A stretch of 64,000 bases of DNA, from assembly GCA_045803545.1 (NCBI GenBank), contig JBJMOW010000005.1:1504001-1568000 (forward strand), read 5' to 3'. Source of the stretch: Gemmatimonadaceae bacterium (GTDB lineage: Bacteria; Gemmatimonadota; Gemmatimonadetes; Gemmatimonadales; Gemmatimonadaceae). Every line of letters starts with the position of its first letter. Position 1 is the stretch's first letter. Both the position numbers and the translations under genes were made by a program. A model generated the notes under the pieces. That model saw only the letters and a list, made by a program, of their open reading frames with translations, did no database searches and was not told the DNA's origin. Of this stretch, positions 1 through 11,362 are shown piece by piece.

Positions 1-1798
<1,798 letters not shown>

Positions 1799-1821
1799 TT
1801 ACAGAAACTTCTCTGGTCAGC

Positions 1822-1920
1822 TCACGCGCTGGTGCACCACGCACGCACGCGCCGGTCCGTCTCTCCGAGAGAGGCGCACGGGCAAATGGGACACATGGTG
1901 TAGAGCGCGAATGTAGTCAT
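1822..1920 (-). CDS. putative Cys/Met-rich leader peptide MTTFALYTMCPICPCASLGETDRRVRAWCTSA
   Basis: 32-aa ORF directly upstream of the terminator; MCPICPC cluster; overlaps the antiterminator strand 1847-1865. Confidence 0.75.
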   Translation of the reverse strand: MTTFALYTMCPICPCASLGETDRRVRAWCTSA

Positions 1921-1954
1921 CTGTTCGACTGAAGAGCGTTGGATAAAGAAATAG

Positions 1955-3175
1955 TTATCGGTCGTGGTCGGACGTGTCAAGCGTTCGACTCCAACTGCAA
2001 CTGTATTTGTCTGCAACAAGCAGCGCGTGGATGTCCTGCTCATTCAGCAGTTTCTTTCTATCCGCGAGCTCCTTGAATCGCCTAAACAGAGTACTCAGCT
2101 CCGCATCGCTCAGCTCGTAGCCCAACGACTCTGTCTTGGCGCGAAGCGCGTGACGCCCCGAGTGTTTCCCGAGCACAAGGCCAATGCCGTTCCAACCAAC
2201 GGTGTCGGCGCTCATGATCTCGTAGGTCGATCGGTTCTTGATCACACCATCCTGGTGGATCCCGGCCTCGTGCGCAAAAGCGTTGGCGCCGACAATCGCC
2301 TTGTTGGGCGGCACGCCGATTCCCGTGCACTCTGAGACCAGCCGAGACGCGCGAGAGAGCTCGCGGGTCTCAATGTTGGTGTAAAGACCGAAGAGTGGAC
2401 GACGGGTATGAAGCGCCATTACAACTTCCTCCAGCGCTGCATTGCCGGCGCGCTCGCCGATGCCATTGATGGTGCACTCAGCCTGTCGCGCGCCCGCCCG
2501 CACCCCGGCAAGAGAATTCGCAACGGCGAGGCCGAGATCATCGTGGCAATGGGCCGAGATGGTTACTCCCTCGATGCCAGGGACATTGTCGCGAACCCCC
2601 GCTATGAGGCTACCGTATTCCTCGGGTGTCGAATAGCCGACCGTGTCAGGAACGTTCAATGTCGTCGCTCCACATTGTAGCGCGGCGGTAAAAACCTCGT
2701 ATAGAAACGGTGGATCGGATCTGGCCGCGTCTTCCGCGGAGAACTCCACTTCTGCGCCGAGCGACGTCGCATGCGCGACCGCCACCGTTACCGCCTCGAT
2801 CACCTGTCGACGCGTCATCCCGAGCTTGTGCTGCATGTGCAGGTCGGACGTCGCAAGAACGATATGGATACGCGCGCTCGTCGCCGGCTCCACGGCACTC
2901 CAGCAACGATCGATGTCGCGCTCGACGGCACGCGCGAGTCCGCAAATCGTGGGCGCATCATCGGCGCAGCCTATTTCGCGCGCGATGCGCTGCACCGCGG
3001 CCCAGTCTCCGTCCGACGCGGCAGGAAATCCCGCTTCGATCACATCCACCCTCAAACGCGCGAGCTGGTGCGCGACCCCGAGTTTCTCCTCGAGCGACAT
3101 TGTGCACCCGGGCGCCTGCTCGCCATCACGAAGCGTAGTGTCGAAGATCCGGACACGGCCGTCATCAGTTGTCAT
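1955..3175 (-). CDS. leuA: 2-isopropylmalate synthase, short form without C-terminal regulatory domain
   Basis: [38 protein letters not shown]; start ATG 3175 (ATGA overlap with ilvC); 406 aa. Confidence 0.9.
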   Translation of the reverse strand: MTTDDGRVRIFDTTLRDGEQAPGCTMSLEEKLGVAHQLARLRVDVIEAGFPAASDGDWAAVQRIAREIGCADDAPTICGLARAVERDIDRCWSAVEPATSARIHIVLATSDLHMQHKLGMTRRQVIEAVTVAVAHATSLGAEVEFSAEDAARSDPPFLYEVFTAALQCGATTLNVPDTVGYSTPEEYGSLIAGVRDNVPGIEGVTISAHCHDDLGLAVANSLAGVRAGARQAECTINGIGERAGNAALEEVVMALHTRRPLFGLYTNIETRELSRASRLVSECTGIGVPPNKAIVGANAFAHEAGIHQDGVIKNRSTYEIMSADTVGWNGIGLVLGKHSGRHALRAKTESLGYELSDAELSTLFRRFKELADRKKLLNEQDIHALLVADKYSCSWSRTLDTSDHDR

Positions 3176-4194
3176 GCGCTCGCCGCCCCCGGCAGTATTT
3201 CCTTGGCGTTGACGAACGGCATCATCCGGCGCAGCGAACGGCCCACATCCTCGATGCGGTGGGTGGTCTCCGCCGAACGCGTGCGCTTGAATTGCGGGAG
3301 TCCTGAATCGTTCTCGGCGATCCATTCGCGCGCGAATGACCCGTCGCGGATGTTCGACAACAGGTCGCGCATCGTAGCGCGGGTCCGCTCGTCGACGATG
3401 CGCGGCCCCGCCACGTAATCGCCGTACTCGGCGGTGTCCGACACCGAGTAGCGCATGTAGTTGAGTCCGCCCTGGTACATCAGATCGACAATGAGCTTGA
3501 GCTCGTGCATGCACTCGAAGTAGGCGACCTCGGGTTGGTATCCGGCATCGACCAGTGTGTCGAAGCCGGCCTTGACCAATGCTGAGACCCCGCCGCAGAG
3601 CACTGCCTGCTCACCGAACAGATCGGTTTCGGTTTCTTCCTCGAAGGTGGTGATCAGCGCGCCCGCCCTGGTCGATCCGATCGCCTTGGCGTATGCGAGG
3701 GCGTCATCGAGCGCGTGTCCCGACGCATCCTGGTGCACGGCCACCAATGCGGGAACGCCGCCGCCCTGTGTGAAGACCTCGCGCACGCGATGGCCCGGCG
3801 CCTTTGGCGCGACCATGCTGACATCGACACCGGCGGGCGGAACGATCTGACCAAAGCGAATGTTGAATCCGTGCGCGAACATCAGGGTCTTGCCCGGACC
3901 GAGATGGCGCTGGATGTGATCGCAGTACAGTCGCGCCTGCCCCGTGTCAGGAGTGAGAATCATGATGACCTGGGATTGCTTCGCCGCATCGTCCACCGTT
4001 ACGACCGCGAGCCCGGCGTTTTGTGCAGCGGCACGACTGCGCGAGTCTTCGCGCAAGCCCACTATGACATCCACCCCACTATCTCTGAGATTCAGAGCGT
4101 GCGCGTGTCCCTGACTGCCGTAACCGATGATCGCCACTCGCCGCCCCGCCAGACGCTCTACATCTGCGTCACCGTCGTAAAAGAGTTTCGTCAT
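3172..4194 (-). CDS. ilvC: ketol-acid reductoisomerase
   Basis: [36 protein letters not shown]. Confidence 0.97.
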   Translation of the reverse strand: MTKLFYDGDADVERLAGRRVAIIGYGSQGHAHALNLRDSGVDVIVGLREDSRSRAAAQNAGLAVVTVDDAAKQSQVIMILTPDTGQARLYCDHIQRHLGPGKTLMFAHGFNIRFGQIVPPAGVDVSMVAPKAPGHRVREVFTQGGGVPALVAVHQDASGHALDDALAYAKAIGSTRAGALITTFEEETETDLFGEQAVLCGGVSALVKAGFDTLVDAGYQPEVAYFECMHELKLIVDLMYQGGLNYMRYSVSDTAEYGDYVAGPRIVDERTRATMRDLLSNIRDGSFAREWIAENDSGLPQFKRTRSAETTHRIEDVGRSLRRMMPFVNAKEILPGAASA

Positions 4195-4201
4195 GGTGTC
4201 C

Positions 4202-4744
4202 TCAACACGCCCCGTCAGCTTGCCACCACGGTCGCGCGACCTCTTCGCGCGCCGCGGTTTCCGCCGGCGACATATTGACGTCGAGCGCCATCGCCAGGCT
4301 TCCGGACCGCATCGTCTCGCAGGCGCCGAACACTTTGGCGCGCTCGATCATCTCCCCCAGTCGGGCCGGCGTATCGGTCATCTCGAAAACAACGGTCGGG
4401 CCGAAGGTCCCGACGATTTTTGCGCCGAATCCTTCCGCCACCGTTCTGATCTCCTCGCGTCGAGGCTCGGGCACGTGGATCTTCACCAGCGCCGTCTCTC
4501 GCACCACATACTCCCCATTCGTCACGTCAGTTACCTCCAGTACTTCGATTAGTCGGTTGAGTTGCTTGATCGTTAGCTGCACATCGGGCGTCTCCACTAC
4601 AACGGTGATACGTCGCACTCCCGGAGTCTCGCTGTCCCCCAGGGCGATGCTATGGACCGCGAGGGCACGACCGCGCAGCAATCCAAGCAAGCGATTGAGC
4701 GCCGCGGGTCGATCCTCCACCAGCGCGACGAGAGTGTGTCTCAC
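4202..4744 (-). CDS. ilvN: acetolactate synthase small (ACT) subunit
   Basis: GTG start at 4744 overlapping the ilvB stop; [12 protein letters not shown]...[12 protein letters not shown]...RETALVK; 180 aa. Confidence 0.85.
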   Translation of the reverse strand: MRHTLVALVEDRPAALNRLLGLLRGRALAVHSIALGDSETPGVRRITVVVETPDVQLTIKQLNRLIEVLEVTDVTNGEYVVRETALVKIHVPEPRREEIRTVAEGFGAKIVGTFGPTVVFEMTDTPARLGEMIERAKVFGACETMRSGSLAMALDVNMSPAETAAREEVARPWWQADGAC

Positions 4745-6558
4745 GCGTGCGCCTGCGCCCCCTCGCGGGTGATCATCTCGCCGATGCTGCTCCCCGGCGG
4801 CACCAGCGGAAATACGTTCGCTTCGCGCTCGACCCTGAAGTCGAGCACCGCCGAGCCGTCGTGATTCCAGGCGCACTCGATTGCATCGTGCGCCTGCTCG
4901 ATGCGATCGACGGTGAACCCGCGCAGTCCGTACGCTTCGGCGAGACCGGCGAAGCTGGGACCCGACAGTGGCGTGCCGCTGTAGCGCTTGCCCTCGAACA
5001 ACTGCTGCCACTGACGCACCATGCCGAGGTAGCCGTTGTTCACGATCGCCACTTTCACATTCCGGATTCCCTCCTGATTGATCGTCGCCAACTCCTGGTT
5101 GGTCATCTGGAATCCGCCGTCGCCGACGATCGCCCAGATCGTTTCGTCGGGATGCGCGATCGCCGCTCCCATCGCCGCCGGTACGGCAAACCCCATCGTG
5201 CCCGCGCCGCCGCTGGTGATATGTGTGCGTGGACGTCGCCACTCGATCAGCTGCGCCGCCCACATCTGGTGCTGGCCGACGTCGGTGACGACGCGATAGC
5301 CGCCGCGTTCGTTGAGCGCTGCGTTCAGCGCAGCATAGACATCGTGCGGCATCAGCTCCGCGGTGTCAGGCCGGCGCAGATACGGCTGGCGGTGCTGGTG
5401 CGTCGTCTGACTATCTCGAATGTCCTGCAGCCAAACGAGCGCATCACGCGCCGGAGTTTCTTCGATTAACGCGAGCAAAGCCGCGCGTGCATCGCCGACG
5501 ATGGCGACGGCGACTTTCACGTTCTTGCCGATCTCCGCCGGATCGATGTCGACGTGAATCACTCGCGCCCGCGGCGCAAATGTGGATGCCTTGCCGGTGA
5601 CGCGATCGTCGAAGCGCGCGCCGATGTTGATCAGCACGTCGCACTCCTGAATCGCGCGATTGACGTGCACCCAGCCGTGCATGCCCGGCATGCCAATGCT
5701 GAGCGGATGATCCTCGGGAAACGCACCGATTCCCTGAAGAGTCGTAATCACCGGAATGCCGGTGCGCTCGGCAAACACGCGCAACTCCGCTGCGGCGCCC
5801 GAGATGATCACGCCTTGCCCGGCGAGAATTAACGGCTTGCTCGCGTTGGCAAGGAGCCGAGCTGCCTGCTTCACCGCCTCCCGCGTCCCGCCTCCCGCCT
5901 CCCGCCCCTCGCGCACGCCGAGCGAGACGTTCCAGTCGGGGACCACTTTTGCCTGCTGGGCATCCTTGGTGACATCGATCAGCACCGGCCCTGGACGCCC
6001 ACTGCGCGCGATGTGAAACGCCTCGTGAAACACGCTCGGCAGGTCATCGGCGCACGTCACTCGATAATTGTGCTTGGTGATGGGCAGCGTGATGCCGGTG
6101 ATGTCGGTTTCCTGAAACGCATCTTTCCCCAGCACAGCGCTCGACACCTGTCCAGTGATCGCCACCAGCGGGGTGCTATCCATCCAGGCATTGGCGATCG
6201 GAGTGACAAGATTGGTCGCACCTGGTCCGCTGGTCGCGACGCAGACGCCGGGCTTACCGGTTGAGCGAGCGTAACCTTCCGCGGCGTGACCCGCGCCCTG
6301 CTCGTGTCTACACAGCACGTGACGCAGGCAATCGCGGTACTCCCACATCGCGTGGTAGAACGGCATGATCGCGCCCCCGGGAATGCCGAACATCACTTCG
6401 ACATTTTCGCGGAGCAGAGCTTCGCACATCACCTGCGCGCCAGTGCGTTCGCGAGCGGGAGGCGGGAGGGGGGCGGCGAGAGGCGGGAAGCCGGAGGTGG
6501 GCAACGGCAGACCGACAGCGGGTACGGGTACGGAAAACGGAGAGCGCGCGTCGGTCAT
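4741..6558 (-). CDS. ilvB: acetolactate synthase large subunit
   Basis: [38 protein letters not shown] ThDP motif; start ATG 6558 overlapping the ilvD stop. Confidence 0.95.
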   Translation of the reverse strand: MTDARSPFSVPVPAVGLPLPTSGFPPLAAPLPPPARERTGAQVMCEALLRENVEVMFGIPGGAIMPFYHAMWEYRDCLRHVLCRHEQGAGHAAEGYARSTGKPGVCVATSGPGATNLVTPIANAWMDSTPLVAITGQVSSAVLGKDAFQETDITGITLPITKHNYRVTCADDLPSVFHEAFHIARSGRPGPVLIDVTKDAQQAKVVPDWNVSLGVREGREAGGGTREAVKQAARLLANASKPLILAGQGVIISGAAAELRVFAERTGIPVITTLQGIGAFPEDHPLSIGMPGMHGWVHVNRAIQECDVLINIGARFDDRVTGKASTFAPRARVIHVDIDPAEIGKNVKVAVAIVGDARAALLALIEETPARDALVWLQDIRDSQTTHQHRQPYLRRPDTAELMPHDVYAALNAALNERGGYRVVTDVGQHQMWAAQLIEWRRPRTHITSGGAGTMGFAVPAAMGAAIAHPDETIWAIVGDGGFQMTNQELATINQEGIRNVKVAIVNNGYLGMVRQWQQLFEGKRYSGTPLSGPSFAGLAEAYGLRGFTVDRIEQAHDAIECAWNHDGSAVLDFRVEREANVFPLVPPGSSIGEMITREGAQAHA

Positions 6559-8366
6559 CGTCCGACTCCGGCCGGAGTCGGCCTGTATGTATCCCGCATC
6601 GAGTGAGTGAGCGCGTCGATCGCGACCGTCGTTGACTTTGTCGTTGGCTCGACGCCGTTGCTCGCGCCGTTCGATGAGTGAGGCCATTCGAGAACAGCGC
6701 CACGACCTGCGTTCGTCACCATCGCCGCGTAACGCGACAGCCATCCGCGCGTATACCGTGGCTTTGGCGCAGTCCACTCGGCGCGACGTGCACGCAGTTC
6801 CGCCGGATCGAGCTCCGCATCCAGTTTGCGATTCGTCAGATCGATGCACACGATGTCCCCATCGCGCAGCAGACCGATCGGACCACCTTCGCCGGACTCG
6901 GGCGAGACGTGACCGATGCACAGCCCGCGGGTGCCGCCCGAGAATCTTCCATCGGTGAGTAACGCCACCTCGGCGCCGATGGGCATTCCCTTCAGCATGC
7001 TGGTGAGCGCCAGCATCTCGCGCATCCCGGGACCACCGCGCGGACCCTCGCCGCGAATCACCAGCACTTCGCCCGGACGAATTCCATTCGCGCGCACTGC
7101 CGCGGCCGCCGACTCCTCGTCTTCGAAAACACGCGCCGGCCCGCGAAACGTCATCTGATGCTGCTCGACCGCACCGACTTTGATCACCGCGCCGCCCGGA
7201 GCGAGATTGCCGAACAGGACGCATAGCGCGCCCCGCTCCGCATGCGGACGAGTGATCGGCCGAATACACTCCTCGTTGAGGTTGCGCACGCCGTCGAGAT
7301 TCTCGGCGATGGTTTTTCCGGTGACAGTGAGCGCATCGGGGAACAGTGTGCCTGGCTTCTTCGCCAGTTCCGCCAGCAGAGCGGGGACACCGCCCGCCGC
7401 GTCGACATCCTGAATGTGCCACTGCCGATCGGCGTCCCACGCCGGCGATACTTTCGCCAGATGCGGCACGCGCTCAGCGACTTCGTTGAATCGCGCCAGC
7501 GGATACTCGATGCCGGCTTCATGCGCGACGGCGATTACGTGCAATAGTGTGTTGGTCGAGCCGCCCATTGCCACATCGAGCGCGACTGCATTGTCGATTG
7601 CTTCGGCGGTGACGATGTCGCGGAAGCGAATGCCCCGGCGAAGGAGCTCCAGCACCTGCGTTGCTGCGGCACGCGCCAGACGATGGCGATCGGGTGAGAC
7701 GGCGAGAATGGTTCCGTTGCCGGGAAGCGCGACGCCCAGCGCTTCGCAAAGACAGTTCATGGAGTTAGCGGTGAACATCCCGCTACAGCTTCCGCACGTC
7801 GGACAGCCGGCGATCTCGAGCTCCTCGAGCCGAGTGTCGTCGATGGTGCCCGCGGCCCGCGCGCCCACCGCCTCGAACACCGAGATCAGATCGACCTTCT
7901 GACCGCCGCGATCGACGCCGGCGCGCATCGGTCCACCGGAAATGAAAATCGTCGGGATGTTGGCGCGCGCCGCGCCCATCAGCATTCCCGGCACGATCTT
8001 GTCGCAGTTGGGGATGCACACCATCGCGTCGAAGCAGTGCGCGTTCACCATCGTCTCCACGGAGTCGGCGATTAACTCGCGCGACGGCAGCGAGAAACGC
8101 ATTCCGTCGTGTCCCATCGCAATGCCGTCGTCGACGCCGATGGTGTTGAACTCGAACGGCACTCCGCCGGCGGCGCGCACCGCTTCCTTCACCACGCGAC
8201 CGAACTCCTGAAGGTGGACGTGACCGGGAATGATCTCGACGAACGAATTGCAGATCGCGACGAACGGCTTGTCGAAATCGCCGCGTTCGCGGATCTGTCC
8301 CGTCGCACGCAACAGACTGCGGTGAGGGGCGCGCTCGAATCCCTTTTTGATGGTGTCGGAGCGCAT
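6555..8366 (-). CDS. ilvD: dihydroxy-acid dehydratase
   Basis: [48 protein letters not shown]. Confidence 0.97.
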   Translation of the reverse strand: MRSDTIKKGFERAPHRSLLRATGQIRERGDFDKPFVAICNSFVEIIPGHVHLQEFGRVVKEAVRAAGGVPFEFNTIGVDDGIAMGHDGMRFSLPSRELIADSVETMVNAHCFDAMVCIPNCDKIVPGMLMGAARANIPTIFISGGPMRAGVDRGGQKVDLISVFEAVGARAAGTIDDTRLEELEIAGCPTCGSCSGMFTANSMNCLCEALGVALPGNGTILAVSPDRHRLARAAATQVLELLRRGIRFRDIVTAEAIDNAVALDVAMGGSTNTLLHVIAVAHEAGIEYPLARFNEVAERVPHLAKVSPAWDADRQWHIQDVDAAGGVPALLAELAKKPGTLFPDALTVTGKTIAENLDGVRNLNEECIRPITRPHAERGALCVLFGNLAPGGAVIKVGAVEQHQMTFRGPARVFEDEESAAAAVRANGIRPGEVLVIRGEGPRGGPGMREMLALTSMLKGMPIGAEVALLTDGRFSGGTRGLCIGHVSPESGEGGPIGLLRDGDIVCIDLTNRKLDAELDPAELRARRAEWTAPKPRYTRGWLSRYAAMVTNAGRGAVLEWPHSSNGASNGVEPTTKSTTVAIDALTHSMRDTYRPTPAGVGR

Positions 8367-8406
8367 TTACGGTTTTTGCCTTCTCGGCGGTTGCACGTTG
8401 GTCATG

Positions 8407-8450
8407 AAAAATCGAAGGGCCTCGTCCCCGTGTTTTGGGGAGAGGCCCTC
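8407..8450 (-). terminator. intrinsic terminator (attenuator) upstream of ilvD
   Basis: mRNA GAGGGCCUCUCCCC-aaaacac-GGGGACGAGGCCCUUC followed by GAUUUUU. Confidence 0.8.
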
Positions 8451-8509
8451 TTTCTAGTTGCAACCGAGCGCCTCTCCCGTTTAGGGGAAGAGGCGGTGTC
8501 TGTGAGTGA

Positions 8510-8611
8510 TTACATCGTGTTCAGACCAGTTCTCTTCCCAGTGCCAATAAGTCCCACCCCAATAAGCAGGAGGGACAAAATGAGACCGAGGAGGAGCTGG
8601 CTGCGGATCAC
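8510..8611 (-). CDS. ilv operon leader peptide (M)IRSQLLLGLILSLLLIGVGLIGTGKRTGLNTM
   Basis: 33-aa GTG-start ORF with 10 Leu, 4 Ile, 1 internal Val, lying between the promoter and the terminator. Confidence 0.8.
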   Translation of the reverse strand: MIRSQLLLGLILSLLLIGVGLIGTGKRTGLNTM

Positions 8612-8658
8612 GTTAATGGTCGTGTCGATGTGCGAATGTGAATTGCGTCGTCGGCGGC

Positions 8659-8688
8659 AGCATAACCCCCGATCGAGAACGTTGTCAA
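8659..8688 (-). promoter_or_regulatory. sigma70-type promoter of the ilv operon
   Basis: TTGACA-N18-TATGCT on the minus strand. Confidence 0.7.
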
Positions 8689-8704
8689 GTGCGAAACATT
8701 GCTA

Positions 8705-8943
8705 ACGGAAAGCTGGACGCCGGAAACGGACAACGGGTAACGGTCAGCAGGAAACGGGTAACAGGCAACCGAACACAGGTTACTGATTACGGGTTACGGA
8801 TTGCGCGTGTCCATCAAACAGCGCCCATCTGATCAAAATGATGCGCTACCAGTAACCAGTAACCAGTAACCAGTTTCCCCGTTGCCCGTTGCCCGCTTCC
8901 CGCTTCCCGCCTCCGCCTCCCGCTTCCCGCTTCCCGCTTCCCG
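8705..8943. repeat. heptamer repeat arrays between the divergent ilv and amtB promoters
   Basis: Degenerate GGAAACG/GGGTAAC units at 8705-8780; ACCAGTA units at 8848-8875; CCCGTTG and CCCGCTT units at 8878-8943. Confidence 0.85.
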
Positions 8944-9042
8944 AGTCGTGCGCGTCTTGCACTCATTGTGGCAGAATTGCTCAGTTGCTCGGTGATTTGT
9001 GCATGGCTGAGCTTGGGTTTGTGCAAAAGTTGCAAATTCTGC

Positions 9043-9071
9043 TTGACAACTTGAAACCAGCCGAATATGCT
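9043..9071 (+). promoter_or_regulatory. sigma70-type promoter of the amtB operon
   Basis: TTGACA-N17-TATGCT. Confidence 0.8.
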
Positions 9072-9080
9072 TTGCCGCAC

Positions 9081-9188
9081 ATGATTCTCGCTCGCCGCGT
9101 CTCTTCCAATAACCCGGGAAACAATCGCCAGCTCCCACAGAACCTGTGGGACGTCTTCGATCGTTCCGGGATGAGCGCAATGAGATAA
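9081..9188 (+). CDS. putative Asn/Gln-rich leader peptide MILARRVSSNNPGNNRQLPQNLWDVFDRSGMSAMR
   Basis: 35-aa ORF whose ATG lies 9 nt after the -10 box; 5 Asn and 2 Gln within codons 10-21; followed by a terminator. Confidence 0.75.
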   Translation: MILARRVSSNNPGNNRQLPQNLWDVFDRSGMSAMR

Positions 9189-9216
9189 GCAGCAACTCCA
9201 AGCTCCAGCTGTCATC

Positions 9217-9258
9217 GCCCCGCGTTTCGATCGAATGAACGCGGGGCTTTTTGTTTTT
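9217..9258 (+). terminator. intrinsic terminator (attenuator) upstream of amtB
   Basis: GCCCCGCGTTT-loop-GAACGCGGGGC followed by TTTTTGTTTTT; ends ~40 nt before the amtB start. Confidence 0.88.
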
Positions 9259-9297
9259 CGCAGCAACAACTCTCACCCGTCGCGCCGGAGGAAAACT

Positions 9298-10806
9298 GTG
9301 AAGTGGTTCAAATGGAGCGCAGTGCTGGTCGTACTCGGTTTGCTCGCGTCGCCTGTTGCGTTGTTTGCGCAGGCGGCCGAGGCCGCAAAAATCGACTCTG
9401 TAGCAATACAGACCACCGCCAATTCCACGTCGATCAATTTCGTGTGGACGCTGATCGCCGGGTTCCTGGTGATGTTCATGCAGGCCGGGTTCGCGCTGGT
9501 CGAAACAGGATTCACCCGCTCCAAGAACGCCGGTCACACCATGACCATGAACTTCATGGTCTATGCGATCGGCATGCTCGCCTACTGGGCAATCGGTTTC
9601 GCGTTGCAGGCTGGCGGAATCGGCGCGCTCACGACACTCGGCGGCTACGACAAGCTCAACACCGAGTTCGCCGTTAACATCGGCGGTCACGCGTGGGGCT
9701 TGTTCGGGATGCAGGGCTTCTTCCTCACCGGCGTCGCGTACAACGCGTCGATCTTCGCGTATTTCCTGTTTCAGATGGTGTTCATGGACACCACGGCGAC
9801 GATTCCCACGGGCGCGGCGGCGGAACGATGGAAGTTCTCGGCGTTTTGCATTTTCTCAGTCTTTATCGCCGCCGTCATCTACCCGATTTACGCCAACTGG
9901 GTTTGGGGCAACGGCTGGCTCTCCGCACTCGGTAAGAACGCCGGGCTCGGCCACGGCCACGTCGATTTTGCGGGATCGTCGGTGGTGCACATGACCGGCG
10001 GCGTGCTCGCATTGGTCGCCGGCAAACTCATTGGTCCACGGCGCGGCAAGTACAACGCCGACGGAACTGCCAACGCCATTCCCGGACACAACATCCCAAT
10101 GGCGCTGCTCGGCACGTTCATCCTGGCCTTCGGTTGGTTCGGCTTCAACCCGGGCTCCACGCTCGCCGGCATGGATTCGCGCATCGCGGTCATCGCCACC
10201 AACACCATGCTGGCGGGAGCCGCCGGTGCGATCGCGGCGATGATCTACGTCTGGAGACTATACGGGAAGCCCGATCCATCAATGCTCGCCAACGGGATGC
10301 TCGCCGGTCTCGTCGCGATCACCGCGCCGTGCGCGTTCGTCACTGCGCCGTCGGCGGTTCTCATCGGCGCTGTCGCGGGAGTTCTCGTCTGCTTCGCCGT
10401 GGTCTTCATCGAGCGCAGGCTCAGGATCGACGATCCCGTCGGCGCGAGCTCGGTCCACGGTGTCTGCGGCCTCTGGGGCGTTCTGTCAGTCGGATTGTTG
10501 GCCGACGGCACTTATGGCGACGGGTTGAACGGTGTCGCAGGCAACGTGCGAGGACTCTTTTACGGCGACGCGAGCCAGCTCGGTGCCCAGCTGATCGGCA
10601 TCACCACCAACATCGTCTGGGTCGGACTCGCCGGCTACGCGGCCTGGAAAATCACCGGCTGGCTAACCAGTGGACATCGCGTATCGCCCGCTATCGAAGA
10701 GCACGGACTCGATCTGCCGGAGATGGGAGCACTCGCCTATCCCGATCAGGCCGATCTGTCGTCCGGAGTCGTGATCGCCACCGACGCCGTCCGTCCCGCT
10801 GCGTAG
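9298..10806 (+). CDS. amtB: ammonium transporter (Amt family)
   Basis: FMQAGFALVETG, FQMVF, DFAGSSVVH, GWFGFNPGS, IDDPVGASSVHG; GTG start after GGAGG. Confidence 0.95.
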   Translation: MKWFKWSAVLVVLGLLASPVALFAQAAEAAKIDSVAIQTTANSTSINFVWTLIAGFLVMFMQAGFALVETGFTRSKNAGHTMTMNFMVYAIGMLAYWAIGFALQAGGIGALTTLGGYDKLNTEFAVNIGGHAWGLFGMQGFFLTGVAYNASIFAYFLFQMVFMDTTATIPTGAAAERWKFSAFCIFSVFIAAVIYPIYANWVWGNGWLSALGKNAGLGHGHVDFAGSSVVHMTGGVLALVAGKLIGPRRGKYNADGTANAIPGHNIPMALLGTFILAFGWFGFNPGSTLAGMDSRIAVIATNTMLAGAAGAIAAMIYVWRLYGKPDPSMLANGMLAGLVAITAPCAFVTAPSAVLIGAVAGVLVCFAVVFIERRLRIDDPVGASSVHGVCGLWGVLSVGLLADGTYGDGLNGVAGNVRGLFYGDASQLGAQLIGITTNIVWVGLAGYAAWKITGWLTSGHRVSPAIEEHGLDLPEMGALAYPDQADLSSGVVIATDAVRPAA

Positions 10807-10890
10807 CGGGAAGCGGGAAGCGGGAAGCGGGAAGCGGGAAGCCGGTAACGGGTAACGCGTTACCGGTTACGCGTTACGGGTTACGGGCAA
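10807..10890. repeat. heptamer array (GGGAAGC)n-(GGGTAAC)n-(GCGTTAC/GGGTTAC)n
   Basis: Directly visible between amtB and glnK. Confidence 0.9.
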
Positions 10891-10927
10891 CAGATCTGAA
10901 TTCATTTTTTCACGCAACGAGGATCTA

Positions 10928-11326
10928 ATGAAACTCATTAGCTGCGTCATCCGCCCGGAGCGACTGGGGGCGGTGAAGGAAGCCTTGTTTCAAGCTGGTG
11001 TTACTGGAATCAGCATCAGCCGCGTCAGCGGACACGGCGGCGAACACGAGGTCGTCGAGCATTATCGCGGCTCGTCGGTCGTGCTCGAGTTCCGCGAGAA
11101 AGTCAAAGTCGAGATGGCGTGCTCGGAGCCGTTCGTCGAGCCGACAATAAGGGCGATTCTGTCCTCAGCTCGCACCGGCGAAGTCGGCGACGGAAAAATA
11201 TTCGTCCAGCCGCTGGAGCAAGTCATTCGGATTCGCACCGGCGAGCGCGACAACGCCGCGCTCACCCCCATTACCGCCGACGATGTCCAGCGCCGCGCGC
11301 GCGGCTTAGCGCTCTCAGCCGTTTAA
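10928..11326 (+). CDS. glnK: nitrogen regulatory protein P-II, divergent
   Basis: YRG T-loop, TGEVGDGKIFV, RIRTGE; downstream of amtB. Confidence 0.9.
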   Translation: MKLISCVIRPERLGAVKEALFQAGVTGISISRVSGHGGEHEVVEHYRGSSVVLEFREKVKVEMACSEPFVEPTIRAILSSARTGEVGDGKIFVQPLEQVIRIRTGERDNAALTPITADDVQRRARGLALSAV

Positions 11327-11362
11327 ACGAACGCCACCCTACGCCTCACAGGAGACCACGAG

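Noticed and set aside
1800..1960. SAM-I riboswitch or T-box upstream of metY
   Set aside because: No AUC.AGAG...GAGGGA...GCAACC core and no T-box UGGNACC antiterminator context; the leader-peptide model explains the pairings.
6559..7440. Long N-terminal extensions in the ORF track for ilvB (and likewise leuA, ilvN)
   Set aside because: They overlap upstream genes in another frame; the true starts are at ATGA/GTGA overlaps.
8613..8663. 16-aa uORF MLPPTTQFTFAHRHDH upstream of the ilv leader
   Set aside because: Its ATG lies inside the -10 box (TATGCT), so it would not be in the transcript.
9160..9241. glnA-type glutamine riboswitch (ATCGTTC...GAACG ends)
   Set aside because: Only the outer pairing resembles it; the E-loop AGUA/GAA module is missing. 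An Rfam scan should confirm.
8814..9269. ORFs containing REAGSGKR / PVARCPL / QRATGN peptides (also at 14002-14202 and 17555-18056)
   Set aside because: Translations of heptamer repeats, not genes.
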